Source: Octopus sinensis
Lineage: Eukaryota
Length of the DNA stretch: 64,000 nucleotides
Assembly (NCBI RefSeq): GCF_006345805.1
Contig: NC_042999.1
Coordinates: 131,502,001 to 131,566,000 of the forward strand
Direction of reading: 5' to 3'
Of this stretch, positions 12,326-27,156 are shown piece by piece; the stretch's first letter is position 1, and every line of letters begins with the position of its first letter. Position numbers and translations under genes: made by a program. The notes under the pieces are model-generated. The model did not search any database, had not been told where the DNA came from, and saw only the letters and a program-made list of their open reading frames with translations.

Positions 12326-15300
12326 TTAAGTCTCTCATACATTATATAATTATCAACATTAATCGTCTATTTTCCATGCTAATATGGGTTGGATGGCTTG
12401 ACAGGAACTGGCAAGACCAGGGGCTGCACTAGGTTCCATAGTTTGTTTTGGCTTGGTTTCTATGGCTGGGTACCCTTCCTAATGCCAACCACTCCACAGT
12501 GTGTACTGTGTGCATTTAACATGGCACCAGTGCTTTTTAAGTGGCACCAACACCATTGCTTTTTATATAATACCAGCACCCACACCAATGCTTTTTACAT
12601 GGCACTTTGGTTTTGGGATCTCAATTCTGTTGTGGTGGGTCAGTCTTCTCAAGTAAAGCAATGTGCCACATATTTCAATCCTCTTATATGTTGCATTTAG
12701 CACTAATACTAAAACAGTCTGCTGCTTTTCTAAATTATCTTCTACCATCACTCATAAGTTTACCTGGATAATTAAACCTGCAATGCAAAACAGCAAATAA
12801 TTAAAATGCTGGCCTATTCTCAGTCTGTTTGAAAATCACATCTTTGTATGAATTGTATAGCCTCTAAAAATAAATTAGCATTATAGAACATGATGGCAAT
12901 GCAGATAGAATATTAATTATCAGAAATAACAATAACAACCATATTGAAGTTACCTAAGAAATATTTGATTAGTTGTGATACTTTGAGTTACATAGGCTTT
13001 AAACAACAAAGAGAAATATAAATGACCTGTCTATTCTGTTGACATGTCAAATCTTTGTGTGGGATATTAGAATTACGACATGGGCTGAGATGCAGAATTT
13101 GAAGCTGTGAATTGTGTTTTCATGGGTTAACAGTGTCAGAAACAGCTCCCCAATAATGGAAACCTAAGAGTGCTAGCCAACTGCCTGGTCTGCAACATGG
13201 ACATTAGCCTATATATTATCATCATATATTAGATTTATTTAGCCAAATGTAATGAATATTTTTTGAAAATATATCATTCTCTGGCATATATTTCAATTTT
13301 TCAGGCCAAATTTTACAGCTAAAAGAGGTAGATCAACATATAAACCAAGACAACTTTGGAGAACCAAAAATTTCATGTGAATTGGAGGACCAAAAATTCC
13401 ATGCAGCAGGATTTAGAAAGATAGTGACAATGTGTGAATGTTTACACTATATACCACATCAATTTGTATGCTGGAAAATACAGTAGAAGAGCACCATCTT
13501 TGAAAAAAACAGCTTGGAAATTGCAGGAACATGAACAAGAGCATCACAGCTACCATTAGAGCCACAGACTATGATATTAGTAATTTGCATATAAAAGAAG
13601 ACATCCTGTACAAAAATACAAACCAACAATAAACAACTGGCTTGAATTGAACAAGTGCCAGTGGATACTGTGAATAACATGCATCAAATACTTGGCCTAA
13701 TTTCTCCTTGCACATATCATAGAACTCAATTCATATCCCCAAATTCTACACCTCCACATATTATGTATCAGAAATGTAATGAACCAGTAATTTAGGTGTT
13801 AAAAACCTGTAATCAATACCACTATTGTTCACTAACTGTGATATACAATAAATAAATATCATTAATAAATAACGTGTTCTACAGCTGAGTGCCCTTCCTA
13901 CTGCTAAAAAAAGGGGGGCCAGTAGATTAATACCTTATTTTAGAGCAAAATGAAAAGGTTATAAAACTTTACAACATAATGGCTATTAGATATTACACAG
14001 GTAATCCAAAACTTCTGGCTCTCAAACCACTAGAGAAGCAGTGTTTGTAATGTTATAGATGTTTGACATTGTTTCTCCACCACTTTGCATTCCCAAAATT
14101 CTGCATCACATCAAATTTACACTAAACACTTTCCTCAATATTTTCTCCCAAGCACTGAAAGCCACTGGTACTCATCCCCCATTCAGGTTTTCTCTACAAA
14201 CATCAAACCCATTAATCTGAGGGAAACTACAAAGGTCAGAAAATTACTACACCTCCTTACATTAAGTTTTTTAAAAAAATAATATTTCTTTTTCTTCTTA
14301 TTCTATAAATATATTATGATTCTGCGAAATATCCATTTCTCTCTTGTATGAAGGTACTACACCAAATACATACACTTAGACATGTTCAATAAAACTTAAG
14401 CTATTTTCTGTACATATACCTCCAGAAGTCTGTACTTAGATTCTTTGAAGCATTACCTCAATTAAGACACGTTTTATTATGAGACACTACTGTTAAAATA
14501 CATCCAGCCACAGATCTTAAGTGGTTTGTTTGCAAGTTTCAATGGCATATGTTATTATTTGCGCAACAACTGACATATTTTAAAGCTTAGTCATAAAATT
14601 GAGCTAGGCTCATGAGTTTAACAGACTTTCTGAGACTGGTAAATTTCGTGTGATGTACATAGTGTACCAACACACTCAACCCCTGGACTACAGACATGCT
14701 GTCTCCTCACTTTGCTTTTCTACTGCTACTGTCTGCCGTATTTTATTTCATATCCTTAACATAATTTTCAACTCACAAATGAGAGCAATGAGCATACAAA
14801 TAGGGTTCTAAATCTAAAAATAGACACAATCTTTAGAGAAACAGAAAGTTGGAATGATAGCCCCTGTCTAATTGCTCTACTCACCAAGATCTTTGTAAAG
14901 GCTGTAAAGTCAGAGTAAGTAAATATGTAGAAATTCTATTTCATTTAAATGTAAATTGTCATATAAAGCATTAAATTTTCCATTCTCACAGATACTAATT
15001 TGACTGTTTTCTGTACTGAAAATAACCAAATCAAATCTATGACCTTCTGTGAAGGAGGATCTGGTAGAAGTAATTCTGTTTCTAAGAATTCTGTTAGTAA
15101 ATTTTTTATTTGAATTTTTGATTTAACAACTATAGGTACAATATTTCATTAACACAATATAATTTATATTTCATTAACATTCACTGAAATTTTATAACCA
15201 AACAATGCTTTAGAAAAGGCTATGTATCTAAATGGACTTATTTCTTTATAAATGGTCATTTGTTATTCTACCTTTTAGTTTTTACTTTGATGTATTTTAA

Positions 15301-18300
15301 ATTTTTGAAAAAGTAAAGGAAGATTCCTTTGATTTTCTTTTGATAGTATTTTTAAAGTTTATTTCTTTACACCTGCTTACAAGTTCTGGAAAAAAATCAA
15401 CCCTGTTATCTAATTTCGTAAGTTTTGTATTATGCTAGCAATTTGTTAGCAATTTCTTACTTAATATAAAAGAATCAAACTGGACTAATTATAGCCTATA
15501 AACCCAAACTTTAAACAGATTAGAGTGCTAGAAAAAGTATGATTCGTGTTTTCACTGAATATGAGAAATATAATTAGTCTGCAAACAGAGAAACTTGAGT
15601 CAGAGTTGCAAGTTCTATGTACCATTTCCACAGCCCTGCTTATTTTTGTTAACTTTCCTAGAACACTTAATTCCATTACTTGAAGCAGCTAGTTTTACTC
15701 AGTATTGATGAATAACCACAGCTCAGGCTACAGGAGGGCTTAGAGCTTATGTTATAAAGGAGTTCTAGATTTAAACAAAAATATTACATAAATATTAAAA
15801 TACAATTTTTTTACTTGTATAATAAACTACAATTTTAAAATTTTCTAGATTTAGCATAGATAAATCTATTGAAAAGGACCAAACTTGGCCAGTCATTCTA
15901 ACAACGCCAAATAATTTTTGTTGTGAGGAGAGTTAATAACTTCGTCATCATCATACACTGAAACACTTTATTCCTACTAATAATATTATAACTTCAATTA
16001 TTCACTCTAGAAATGTGCTTCAATGGTTGTATTCAGGGTCAATTTCTTCCACAAGTAGGGGAACTGACACATCCATCTTTGTTTCTGTGCATCCATAGTG
16101 AAATTAATGTGTGTCTATGTGAGAAACTTTATGTTAACTTCACATATTATTGGCATTTTCCAGATATTAAACCCCTCTCCACTAAACTTTGATGAACTTC
16201 CTGAAGTCATAACCTTGAATAGGAAGCAGAATAGTTTTCATTTGCTTTCTGAGAAATGTGATAACTATATGTATTACATTTTGGGGAGGAGGGGGACCAC
16301 AAAAAAATAAATAAATAAAACCTAGATATATTTTTGTTTTTACTTAAACCAAAACCTAGTTATTTTATAAAATTACAATTATTCATTTTGATAAATACAA
16401 CAGCTTATTTGAAGGACCAATGTATACAGTTCAACAAGCACATGAGTGGGAATAAAGCTGGTTAGTTTGCTAGATGTGTATTCCTCTGCTGAGTTGAATT
16501 ATAAATATATTTATAGCTCTAAACTACATATTTGATGAGTTAATGTCTTTAGATAAGTTAGTACGAGGTAGGTAAATCAAAACAAATACAAGGAACCCAT
16601 GTTTGAGATATTTAGAAGTACAGTGGAAAATGATGGCTTAGACAGCGTAGATTTTGTCAGTATTCCCTCCCATACTATGGTTTCCACTTTTACAAAAATC
16701 CAAATGAAGCTTCAGGAAACGTATAACATGTTTGAACAGGCAATCCAAAGTGAATCAACCTTTGTTAATGAATATCTAGTAGCCACCAATACCTTGATAT
16801 GCCAGAAATCTACAATTATTCCCTACTAATTCTCTTTTGTATACTGATGTCAACAACATTTATGACAATGCCCCAAACTAAAGATTATGCTGTAGTAAAT
16901 ATGAATAGGTCTATAGACACTGATTCCATTTCAAACTAAACCTAAAAACAGAAAGCTTACATGTTACAACCCTTGCACAAATTTGCTAATATATAGCATT
17001 CTTACTTAAGCAATTAATATGCACAGGTTAAATATTTTCTTCTGATACACAACCCACAACCTTAATATAACATTAGTTCGTTTTTGTGGTCTAATTTTAA
17101 ACAGTTATTAGTACTATAATTTTGCTCAAAGGTATGTAATTAAAATAGAAACTACATAAATTATATGTTTATTACCTGGTCAGAATTACCTATTTGATTT
17201 ATTGCGGATGGTCAGCATTACAGTGTCTGTAATATATTAGTAATAATCTGATTTGTTCAGTCAGTTTTATTTCTGAGAAAAATAATTATCAGGTTTAATT
17301 ATTCTACGATGAATTCAATATACTGAAACAGAGAAATACAATAGCAAGTCTATTAATTAGTATCCAACAAAAATGAAGTGTGTTCATTTATTGTTGCCAT
17401 TCAATTTAGTATATTAGGTCTCGAAAGTGTTCCAAGTATTGGATCAATCTTAAATACACAACCATTAATAAAGGCCGAAGGCAGAATAGTACTCGAGTAA
17501 TATAGTATGTGCAGGCTCACTAAATCAGAATTGACAGCTTGTAAATACTTAGTGCAAGCTTTAAGAAAAGCAGGGCCTGTAACATGCTATTCTTACAACC
17601 AGATTAATCTAACCCAGCAGCAGATAACTCTTCAGCTCCTGAGTATATTGTTTTTACTTTCCAATATTTTCCTTATGATATCTAGTATCTTCAAGATAGA
17701 CATTTAGTATTTGTAGTACAATTTCCTTCATCATAAATATTTTGCTTATGCACTGGCTGTTTGAAAACTACTGAAAAATATCCTATATATTGTGATTCAT
17801 GTCTCTCTTTTATTTAAACTGAGGTAAAGAGTTTGTTTGAGGGAACCTTGTTATTACTAACAAATCAATAATTTTACAATCTCCGTAGTCTACTGGGATA
17901 CAAATAGTCTAAGGTTAACACCTGGACACTACTGCCTCAAGTGCTAGAACTCACTGGGCTGATGACCTGGTTTCCATTACATATAAGTGACCAGGATCAC
18001 AACATTCCCCCTAAACGAGACACTAATCCATTACAAGATAACTCATTTACAGCTGAGGGCCCTGAAGCATCATGAAAGTGTTTTTTCCCAAGAACACAAT
18101 GCACCACCCTGTCTGGGAATCAAAACCATGATCTTGCAATCATGAATGCAACACCCTGACCACTAGACCCATGCACCTTCACTACAAATAACCTAAAACA
18201 AGCATTAAAGAGAAACAACTGTCAACTGTCAAATTCATCTCATCTGTTGCTCTTCTGGCCACTACTAGAACAGATAATGAACTATTCTGTTGAAGACAAT

Positions 18301-19694
18301 GTATGAGTGTTCAGCTTTAGCTGAACAACTTGCATGAATGATTTGTTTATAGTGATCAAATGTATGTGCTGTACATTAGCTCACACCTTCCATCGAATTG
18401 ATGTTGTCTGAACAGGTGCACAAGTGTGCCAGATGTCGGATGTTGAAATGATCACAGGGCAACATGAGATGAAGTGTTTCATTCAAGAGCACAACACACC
18501 ACTTGGTCTAGGAATTGAAACCATAATCTCGCAATTGTGAATGCAACACTCTAACTACTAGGCCATGCATCCTCACAATTAGAACAGATAAGACAATGAA
18601 TGAAATGCAGCATTCTCAAACTGTCACACTGCCACCTACATGATGAACCATTGACTGCTGATATGCACAAAGTGGCCTTTAATCAAAGTTATGGTGTACA
18701 GGAGTATTGGATCCATGGATCACACTCCATCATTTGCATGTGTGCCATTAATAGATATGAAATATATTTTAAATAAAGTAAATATTCTAAGGAAATAATT
18801 TATGAAAACACCAATGCGTTGATATACTTGATACATATCTATCAAATCTCTTATAGATAACATTTTCACCTTACTCTCCTCTAAGAAGTTATCAGAATTT
18901 CTTCACACTTAGTGAGTTCCCCCCACCCACCCCATAAAATGAATAAGTGTCTTTAAGTAGCAGCATTAACCTTCACTTCTTTACTTTCAGCTATTTTGTT
19001 TGTTTTGTCTACATCATGTCAGGAGCCAGTCTCATTTATTATATTTTTCTTCTGTCACTTCTCTCAGGTAAAGCTTACTTCACTAGTCCTCACTCTCCTT
19101 TCTATTCCTTGCACATTCCTCACCTTCACTCTATAGTTTCTTTTGTATATTCAATAATGCCACTTTTTTTTAATATAGTTCCTACTGTTCTTCAATGCCT
19201 CATTTATTTACAAACCTGTTTGCTAACACCAGCTTGAACTGGTTTCATAGAGCATGGTCTGTTAGTTTGCAAACACTGAATGCATTTAAGAAGGTTATTT
19301 TTTTCTTCTTCTTTTCAATAATATTAGAAACAATTATTAATGAGATCTAATTGAAGCAGTGATCATTCATCATGCAGTCTCTAAGCAATCAGCTAAGGAG
19401 TGACATTTCACTTATATTTGCCAATTTGTAATCTACATAAGACAGGACAGCTTCTGCAACTGAACAAAATATTTTTACAGACTGATACTCTTCTTACTAA
19501 AATTCATGCAACCATAAATCAGGAGTGAGACTTATCCCAAGAAGGGTGCCTAGAACAAGTAAAATGCAGATCATGTTCAATAGATAACAACATTTATAAT
19601 AAGATTTGGAATTATGATGAGGTAGCCAACAGTCAAATTCGTTAGCTTTGTGCCTTTAATATTCCTGAAATTTAATAAGGTAAATATTCTAAAG

Positions 19695-19975
19695 CAGGAG
19701 TTTTCAACCACTGGGCCACAGACAGGTAATGGGCCATGCATCATTTGGTACCAGGCTACACAGAGAGAATAAATCTTAAAATTTTATCTCTATTTCACTA
19801 TCACAGTCAGCAGGGTGTTTTTGTTTTTTTTTTGCATTATATATATATATATGTATGTATGTATTCTTTATTGTGTTTTGTTACGCACATGATCCCCCAG
19901 TTCAAGGAAAAATTGTCTACATAAATTGTCTAGCATGATACTGGCCTGTGGCATAAAAAAGAGTGAGGACTGTTG
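19695..19975. mobile_element. hAT (Charlie-like) MITE
   Basis: CAGGAGTTTTCAACC start; 8-bp TSD TTCTAAAG / TTCCAAAG. Confidence 0.75.
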
Positions 19976-22029
19976 TTCCAAAGGAACCGATTAATGAAAA
20001 CATCAATGTTTTGACTTACTGATACATGTCTTTCAAAAGTCTTATAGATAACATTTCCATTTTTCACCATCCCCAATGAAAAGATTATAAGGAACAAAAA
20101 AGAGAAAGAAAATAACAATCTTAACACCAGATTTTGATCAGTTGAACCCTATTGTTGGGGCTTTACCTTACACTTCTGAGTGAGTATATGCAGGTTTTAG
20201 GTTTCAATACACACATATTCTGACAGCCATTTATATTTATTACAGTAGTATGTCAGGAAATGATAGCTGGTTAATAAATGTTAATAAGCAGTGAGTGTAG
20301 TGATAAGTGAAAATCTCATCTCTGACTTCTGCATAATATGTTGGTTATTATAGAGATGAGATAAGACAGAGGGCACCTGGAGACAATTGTACTAATTTGT
20401 AAATATTATACCAACTGAAATTTAATGATGTAGAATAAATAAAAATACAAGAAGATTGGGTTAACATTTCAAACCATAAAGTGAATTGAAGTATAAAATA
20501 TAGAATGGTCTGTTATAGTAATATAACTCAAATTTCTAAACTTAAAATAACTTTTACTTTTCTTACATATCCAGTAGCCTGAAAGTATGAAAGCTGCACA
20601 TTGTATCGCAAATCTCTAAATCATTGCCTCTCAAGATCTAATTTCAATAAAGTAGTACCACTAAAAAAGTACAATTTAGTACACTTCCATATAAAATCAT
20701 ATAATAATAATCCTTTCTATAAAGGCACAAGGCTTGAAATTTTAGGGGAGGGGACTAGTCGACTACATTGATCCCAGTGTTTCACTGGTGTTTAATTTAC
20801 CAACCCTGAAAGGATGAAAGGCAAAGTCAACCACAGCAGAATATGAACTCAGCTCATAAGGACAGACAAGATGCCGCTAAACATTTTGCCAGCATGCTGA
20901 TTCTGACAGTTTATTATTATTATTATTATTATTATTATAATTATTATTATTGTTATTATTATTATCATTGCAGAAAGGAAGAAATTGCCCTAAACTCGTC
21001 AAAATTATTTTCCTTAAATACAAAGTGTACATTTTTAAAAACAGCAGAATGCCAACAAGATGTCTATCAGTATATTTTTAATTACAATCTATTTACTTTC
21101 TTTCCTTAGCCAAATATTCAAAATCTAAGAAAATATTTGGGTGTGCTTAAACACTAAAAGTTTAAAATATGTAAGAAATAATGCAATGAGTCAGCAAAAC
21201 AAATATCATAATGGTTAAGCAATTAGGTATCCTGAAAAATGTTACAAATATCTGAAATGGTAAATTATTATTATCTAAAAGAAAATTTTAATTTCCAATT
21301 CCAAAACACTATATTCTTTTCCTATTTTATTTAAAAAGTTGGATATTCACTAGATTTTTCTTATTAAGAATAATTGCTCTTAAAAGTGGAAAAGCAAAAT
21401 AAAAATCATAGTCTATCTTATTTTATTTTATTGCTCTCTGATAATTTTATTAATAAACCAATGACTTTTTCAGGTATCAAATGTTCAATTACTAAGCAAG
21501 TTTATTCCTAAAGCCAGACTAAACTGGTTTCTATCCTCTTCACCTTTTCATTCTTCCACTTAATATATCACTGAAAGCATCAGACTATAAACTCCTGGGA
21601 AACTATTCAATCAGACCAAACAAATTGCTAATTCAAATTCCAAATCTAGTACTTGTCGCAAAATGTCGAAAACTTGCACAGAAAGTTCCAAACCTTGAAA
21701 GAATAGTCTTGAGTTCAGACATAATAAAAAAGGTCAACATGAACTTTAGGATATTGGGTTAACAAAGATCAAACTGCTAGTTAGTAATAAACAAAGAACG
21801 CAAAATTCTAATACCATCTGACAAGTGATCTTGCTTGGTATATATGAACAGCGTATGTAGGAAGTTAATGCTTTATACTCAATGGATACACAAAAGATAG
21901 AATGTTATCTCCAGCATTCTCACAGTGAGCCAAAACTTCAAATATACTTGCTATGTAATTAGCAGTAAAGGTACATGCGAAATGAAGTCCATGAACGATT
22001 CATTAGGTGTACATTGAGAACTTGTTACT

Positions 22030-22480
22030 GAGCTGATTCACTTAGTGGCTGGGCAGAAAGTATAAGGACTAGAGAAAGAAATGGAGAAAGTATAGGAAGC
22101 TGTTGCCTCAGTTGACAACGGGTTTCTCATTGTGTTAAAAGATTGTGTGAAGCATATGAAAAATGTGATGCAAGGTCTTGAGATATGGGTATTGAATGTG
22201 GAATGTCTGAAAAAAATTAGATAGAGAGATGAGATAGCAATGATATGTGGGATATGTAATGTTAACTTGAAAGGCAAAGATACAACCGAGCCAAGAAAGT
22301 ACCTAGACACTAGAGACAGTGGAAATGAATGCAGCAGAAATGACTTAGTGGAGTGAGAAGAAATGATATATGCTAGGAGTGGAAGGTACCTATAACTATG
22401 GCAGAATGACTTGGGGAAAATTTGGGAAGAAATTGTGATGTTTGGTAGGGCACTAGATCTTATACACAAGCTAAAGTAAG
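22030..22480 (+). mobile_element. Highly decayed RTE C-terminal coding remnant; a similar remnant at about 18960-19200(-)
   Basis: RKLLPQLTT, EIWVLNVECLKK, AMICGICNV resemble the RTE at 60880-61300. Confidence 0.5.
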
Positions 22481-22516
22481 ACAGAAAAAAACTGCATACT
22501 GTAGATCTGTCTAAGC

Positions 22517-22745
22517 CAGTGGTTCTAAACCATTTTTTACCTATGGACCCCTTTGATTCCTATTTTATTCTACTGGACTTCCATATCCATTCAATGTATA
22601 AAAAAATAAAATCCTACTGTATTTTTATAATTAAATATTATTAGGAATTGTATAAAAAAATTTATTTTGTGTATTATAGAAGTATAACCAATTTAATGCA
22701 CATAAATTTTAACGGCAAAATCTTATATGGACCCCCAGACACCAT
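22517..22745. mobile_element. hAT (Charlie-like) MITE, right end decayed
   Basis: CAGTGGTTCTAAACC start and GGACCCC motifs. Confidence 0.55.
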
Positions 22746-23872
22746 ACATTAAGACAAGATGTGCCTAATATATAAACCTTACCAAGCTATTTCTTCTATT
22801 GCTATTAAAAAGCTTTTAAGAACCTACTAGTTACATCATACCTGCTTCTTACTATTTACATGTCATCCAAACTTATTACAAACAATTCTGCATACATGTC
22901 AAACTGCATGAAGTTTTTAGATTTATTCCAGTTATTATTCAACTTGTCTAAGATATTGGAAGGCAACCAATCATAAATTCTTAATTGACAAAGAAAAAGA
23001 AAAAGTGGTCAAGATAGAGTCGAAAGTTTGTTTGAAGAAAGATTACAAACACATTTATTCCAAACTTTGACCATAATTCTTGGTAGAATTAGAAATACAA
23101 AACTCGACAGGATGAAGTGATATATCACTTTGGTAGAAACCTAAGTGACAGCAAACAAGCATACCAATAAAACAAACACAAGAATCCGTATGCAGTTGTT
23201 TGACCTGCTAGAGATAGCAGTCAATTCTCCTTGAATCATATGCTACCATCTTAAAAAAGGAAAGAACACATTATACAATGTAATTCTAGACATAATTCTA
23301 AAAGAAAGGATGGTCACAGTTGCAATATTTTTTATGATAGGTCTACTAGATCAGACTTAAGTTGAGGGCTAAACAACGATAAATTAATAACCAGTTTGGT
23401 ACATTGAGACCTCTTACTAAGCTTATGATGTATGTTAGCAAGTTTAACTAGCAAACAGTTTTTATTTTCTATCAAAAGTAAAAACATTTGTTTTTCTTTT
23501 TTATTAAGAGAAGCAGAAGTAGTTACGTGATCATAATTAATGAAACATACCACAAGTATATCAAAAGGAAAATACATGAATAAAAATAATAACTAAATCA
23601 ATCTAATTTAGATGCATAAATAACACAGTAAATCCTAACCTGGTTATAATATATGACCTAAATAATGAGAGGTAAAATTAAAGCTACTGAATTTTTTTTT
23701 TTTCTGTATTTACATAATATATTATATTATGAAAGGTGTTTCTTGGTTACTAAATTTGAATAAATACGAACACAGTTTCATGACATATTTGCTATAGGTG
23801 AGGTTTGAATGATAGTATAAATGCACCTACAACTTTCGTTGGATCATTAAGGAATCAGTGAAGATTTTAGCT

Positions 23873-24328
23873 TTAAACCACTTGTTACCATATTTCTGTT
23901 AAGATACTCTGTGTTTATTTCAATTAATGTTAACCTTTTAGCATTCAGATTATTCTGTCAAATGCAATGCTTATTTGTTCATGTTGTTTTGAATTAATCC
24001 CATATTATCTTAAAGCTTTGAGATTTAAATGATGTGATCGTTTTAATTTTAGAATGACATTGTAGGTGAAGTGTGAAAGGCTAGATCTGGCCGGTTTGAA
24101 AACAAAACAGGTCAGATATTTGGGCTGGATATCACCAGTTTAAATACTAAAGGATTCAATATAACAAAGAATCTAGTAAAATAACTTTGTTATTGTTAAG
24201 CTAGTGTTAGCAACATAAATTAAGACTAAGTTTTGGTGAAAGATTTTAATTCAGAACTTTTGAAAACAAGGCATTTGTACTACAGAGCCAGAGATGGTTT
24301 CAGGCAGATTGGTATCAAAAGAGTTTAG
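23873..24328. mobile_element. Family B piggyBac MITE with a family A MITE (23934-24154) nested at its internal TTAA
   Basis: The outer halves match 12107-12325 in reverse; the inner element matches 50521-50733. Confidence 0.85.
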
Positions 24329-24964
24329 TGTGTCAGTGACAAATCCATGTAATTAAGCATATTTCTCTGTAAATTATTGACTACAAACTGACATATAGTG
24401 ATGCAGTATAAGTAAAAAAAAAGTGACTCAGTAGGATTTCAACACTGGTTCATTAACACATCCCACAGAGAAAAGCCTACACGCAGAGAAAGAAACAATG
24501 GTAACACACACTCACAGAAATGTCAATTTAGCCTGTTTATAAATAGAACAGGAAGGATAAAACAGATATAAATTAAAATCTCAGTAGTACTTCCTCAGAT
24601 TGCATATAAAATGGGATTGATTCAAATAGAAATAAAAGATAGTGTCTCAGCATTAAATTCATTCTGACAAAAATCATCCTCATTGTCGTCATCGACATTA
24701 ATTAACATTCACTTTTCCTTGCTTGCATGTATCAGACAGAATTTGTGGAGGCAGAGTTTCTACAGCCTAATGTCCTTTCTGTTGCTATCCCACACTTGCT
24801 TCGAAGCAAGGTAATACTTCTCCATTGCTAGATATGTTTTTCATAGAAGACCGGAAACAAACAACACTGCTTGTGTGATGATGATACTTGTTTATAATCA
24901 TCACGTGATATCAAGTCAAGCGTAAACACAAACACACATACTCACTGCATACATACACAGTTAT

Positions 24965-25612
24965 TTATATGACTAGTGACCGAGACTTTTGGAAATATGC
25001 TGTGCTTGAGAAGACCCGGCAAGCCAAGTGAGACCATAACCTCGTAACCTATGCCAGGGGTGTAACCAGCCCACTTATGCGTACCTTTCCTTCATTGGAT
25101 ACTAAACTCTGCTTGCGAAGACCTGTTAAGGCAAGTGAAATTGAAATCGAATTCGGTGACTGGCATCCATGCTAGTGAAGCGCTAAGAGCACCATCCGAG
25201 CCTGATTGTTGCCAGAACAGCTAACTGGCTTCCATGCCAGTGGCATGTAAAATGCACCATTTGAGCGTGATCATTACCAGCGTTGCCTTACTGGCACTTG
25301 TGCCAGTGGCATGTGAAAAACCATTCGAATGAGGTCATTGCCAGTGCCGCTGGACTGGCTCCTGTGCAGGTGGCACGTAAAAAACACCATTTGAGCATGG
25401 CTGTTGCCAGTACCGCCTGACTGGCCCTTGTGCCGGTTGCACATAAAAGCACCCACTACACTCTCGGAGTGGTTGGCGTTAAGAAGTGCATCCAGCTGTA
25501 GAAACTCTGCCAGATCAAGATTGGAGCCTGGTGCAGCCATCTGGTTCACCAGTCCTCAGTCAAATTGTCCAACCCATGCTAGCATGGAAAGCAGAAGTTA
25601 AACGATGATGAT
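24965..25612 (+). mobile_element. RTE 3' end
   Basis: Matches 61320-61970 (gaccgagac..ggaaatatgctgtgcttgagaagac through the GAT tail). Confidence 0.9.
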
Positions 25613-26399
25613 ATATATATATATAGTTTACTGTTCTATTATAGGTAGGATCAACAAAGTAAGTACTCTATCCAGTGAGAGATAAATATTATTTGATACA
25701 GACAATTCTAAAAAGAACTAATAATAGTTTCATGCTGTAGAGATACAATAATTTGGTAATTTTAAAAGCCATTATGCAAACCATCAGTCTTCTTTCCAAT
25801 GCATTCTGAAAAATAAAGCCACTAAGCTGGCTAGCCAAGTATGAGATCTGAAGACCAACTGCAGACCACATACAATGAAGTGGAGAATCATGGAGAAATC
25901 TGCAAATTATTGTATCTCTACATCGTGATACTACTAGCAGCTCTTTTTTAAATTGTGTATATTAAGTGACGCACACACACATGACAGGTTTCTCTCATTT
26001 TCCATCCACCAAATCTACTCTTAAGGCTTTGGTCAACCCAGAGCTTAGCAGAAGACATTTACCTAAGATACTGCATAATGAGATGTAGCCCAAGGCCACA
26101 TGATTGGGAAGCAAGCTTCTTAACTACACAGCCACACCTGCGCTTTTATTTATAATACAGCTGAATAGTCTTAAATTAATTTTCATTAAAAAATGCAATA
26201 AATATATAAAAAATATTAATAGTGTCAACTGAATTTTAGAATAGCAGTTATTTCAGTGAAAAAAAAAAAACAGTGAGAGAGATAGACTGCCACAAACTGA
26301 CAGATAACTATTGATCCATGTTACTAAAGATAATTTCAACCTATAAGGGAAGCAGGCAGCTTTGTCAGCAAATTCTCACACCAAGCAAAGGCTTTGTTG

Positions 26400-26790
26400 C
26401 CTTTTTGAGTATCATCTTTTCTTTCAATGTTTTTAAGGGCATGAGACCACTGGTACATAACATAGGAAAGATCTCTGAGGCTCTAAAGATCTCTAAAGCC
26501 ATATCAATGATCACTGAAGAAGGGGAACAGATTCAAAAGAGACGATCATTTGTAATCATCTCCATTATCAAAGAGCTGAGAACTAAAGAATGTTAACAAT
26601 TTCAATGAAATCTCTTTGGTATGGATCCTGTTGGGCGTTACTTTAGTATGCAGTCTACAGCAGTATCCATAGTCTATGTACGCTGTGACAGTGAACCATC
26701 AAGGATGTTATTTAGATACAGTGACTGGAGCACACATGCAGGCTACTGAACAATCATGGTTGGATTTCTATGAAAATAAGAAGTGTCATT
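26400..26790 (+). mobile_element. Merlin (IS1016/IS1595-like) transposase remnant
   Basis: AVTVNHQGCYLDTVTGAHMQATEQSWLDF matches the Merlin motif TVNH...FVDP.TGAHTQ.IE..W. Confidence 0.7.
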
Positions 26791-27156
26791 TGTGTTTTCC
26801 AGTCACACCTTAATCATATTTGTTGGAAAGTACAGAGAAAACTGCAGCAGATTTGTTTGTAGCATTCCTAAATTATACATGAAGTATGTACCATTAAAGG
26901 ATTTAAATGTAAATTGTTTGTATCAGTTATGTAACACAAATGAATTCCATTATAATGATGACTATTAATGTACTATTTTGCATTTTTTGAGGATTATAAT
27001 TCTAATGAATATGACTCATATGATTAATTTTATGTCATTAATAATCCATTCTACTATAGGCACAAGGCCTGAAACTTGGAGAGATTACATCAACCCCAAT
27101 GTTCAGTTGGTGTTTATTTTATAGACCCAGAAAGAATAGAAGGCAAATCGACTTTG

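Noticed and set aside
17590-17770. MKEIVLQILNVYLEDTRYH, with a faint Tctex-1-like look
   Set aside because: In-frame stops and a match too short to distinguish from chance.
8446-20580. Several 12-28 nt minus-strand segments with good splice sites (e.g. about 8447-8474, 12762-12775, 14885-14901, 17190-17226, 20568-20579)
   Set aside because: No recognisable peptide; such site pairs are expected by chance in 40 kb of AT-rich intron. They would need RNA-seq support.
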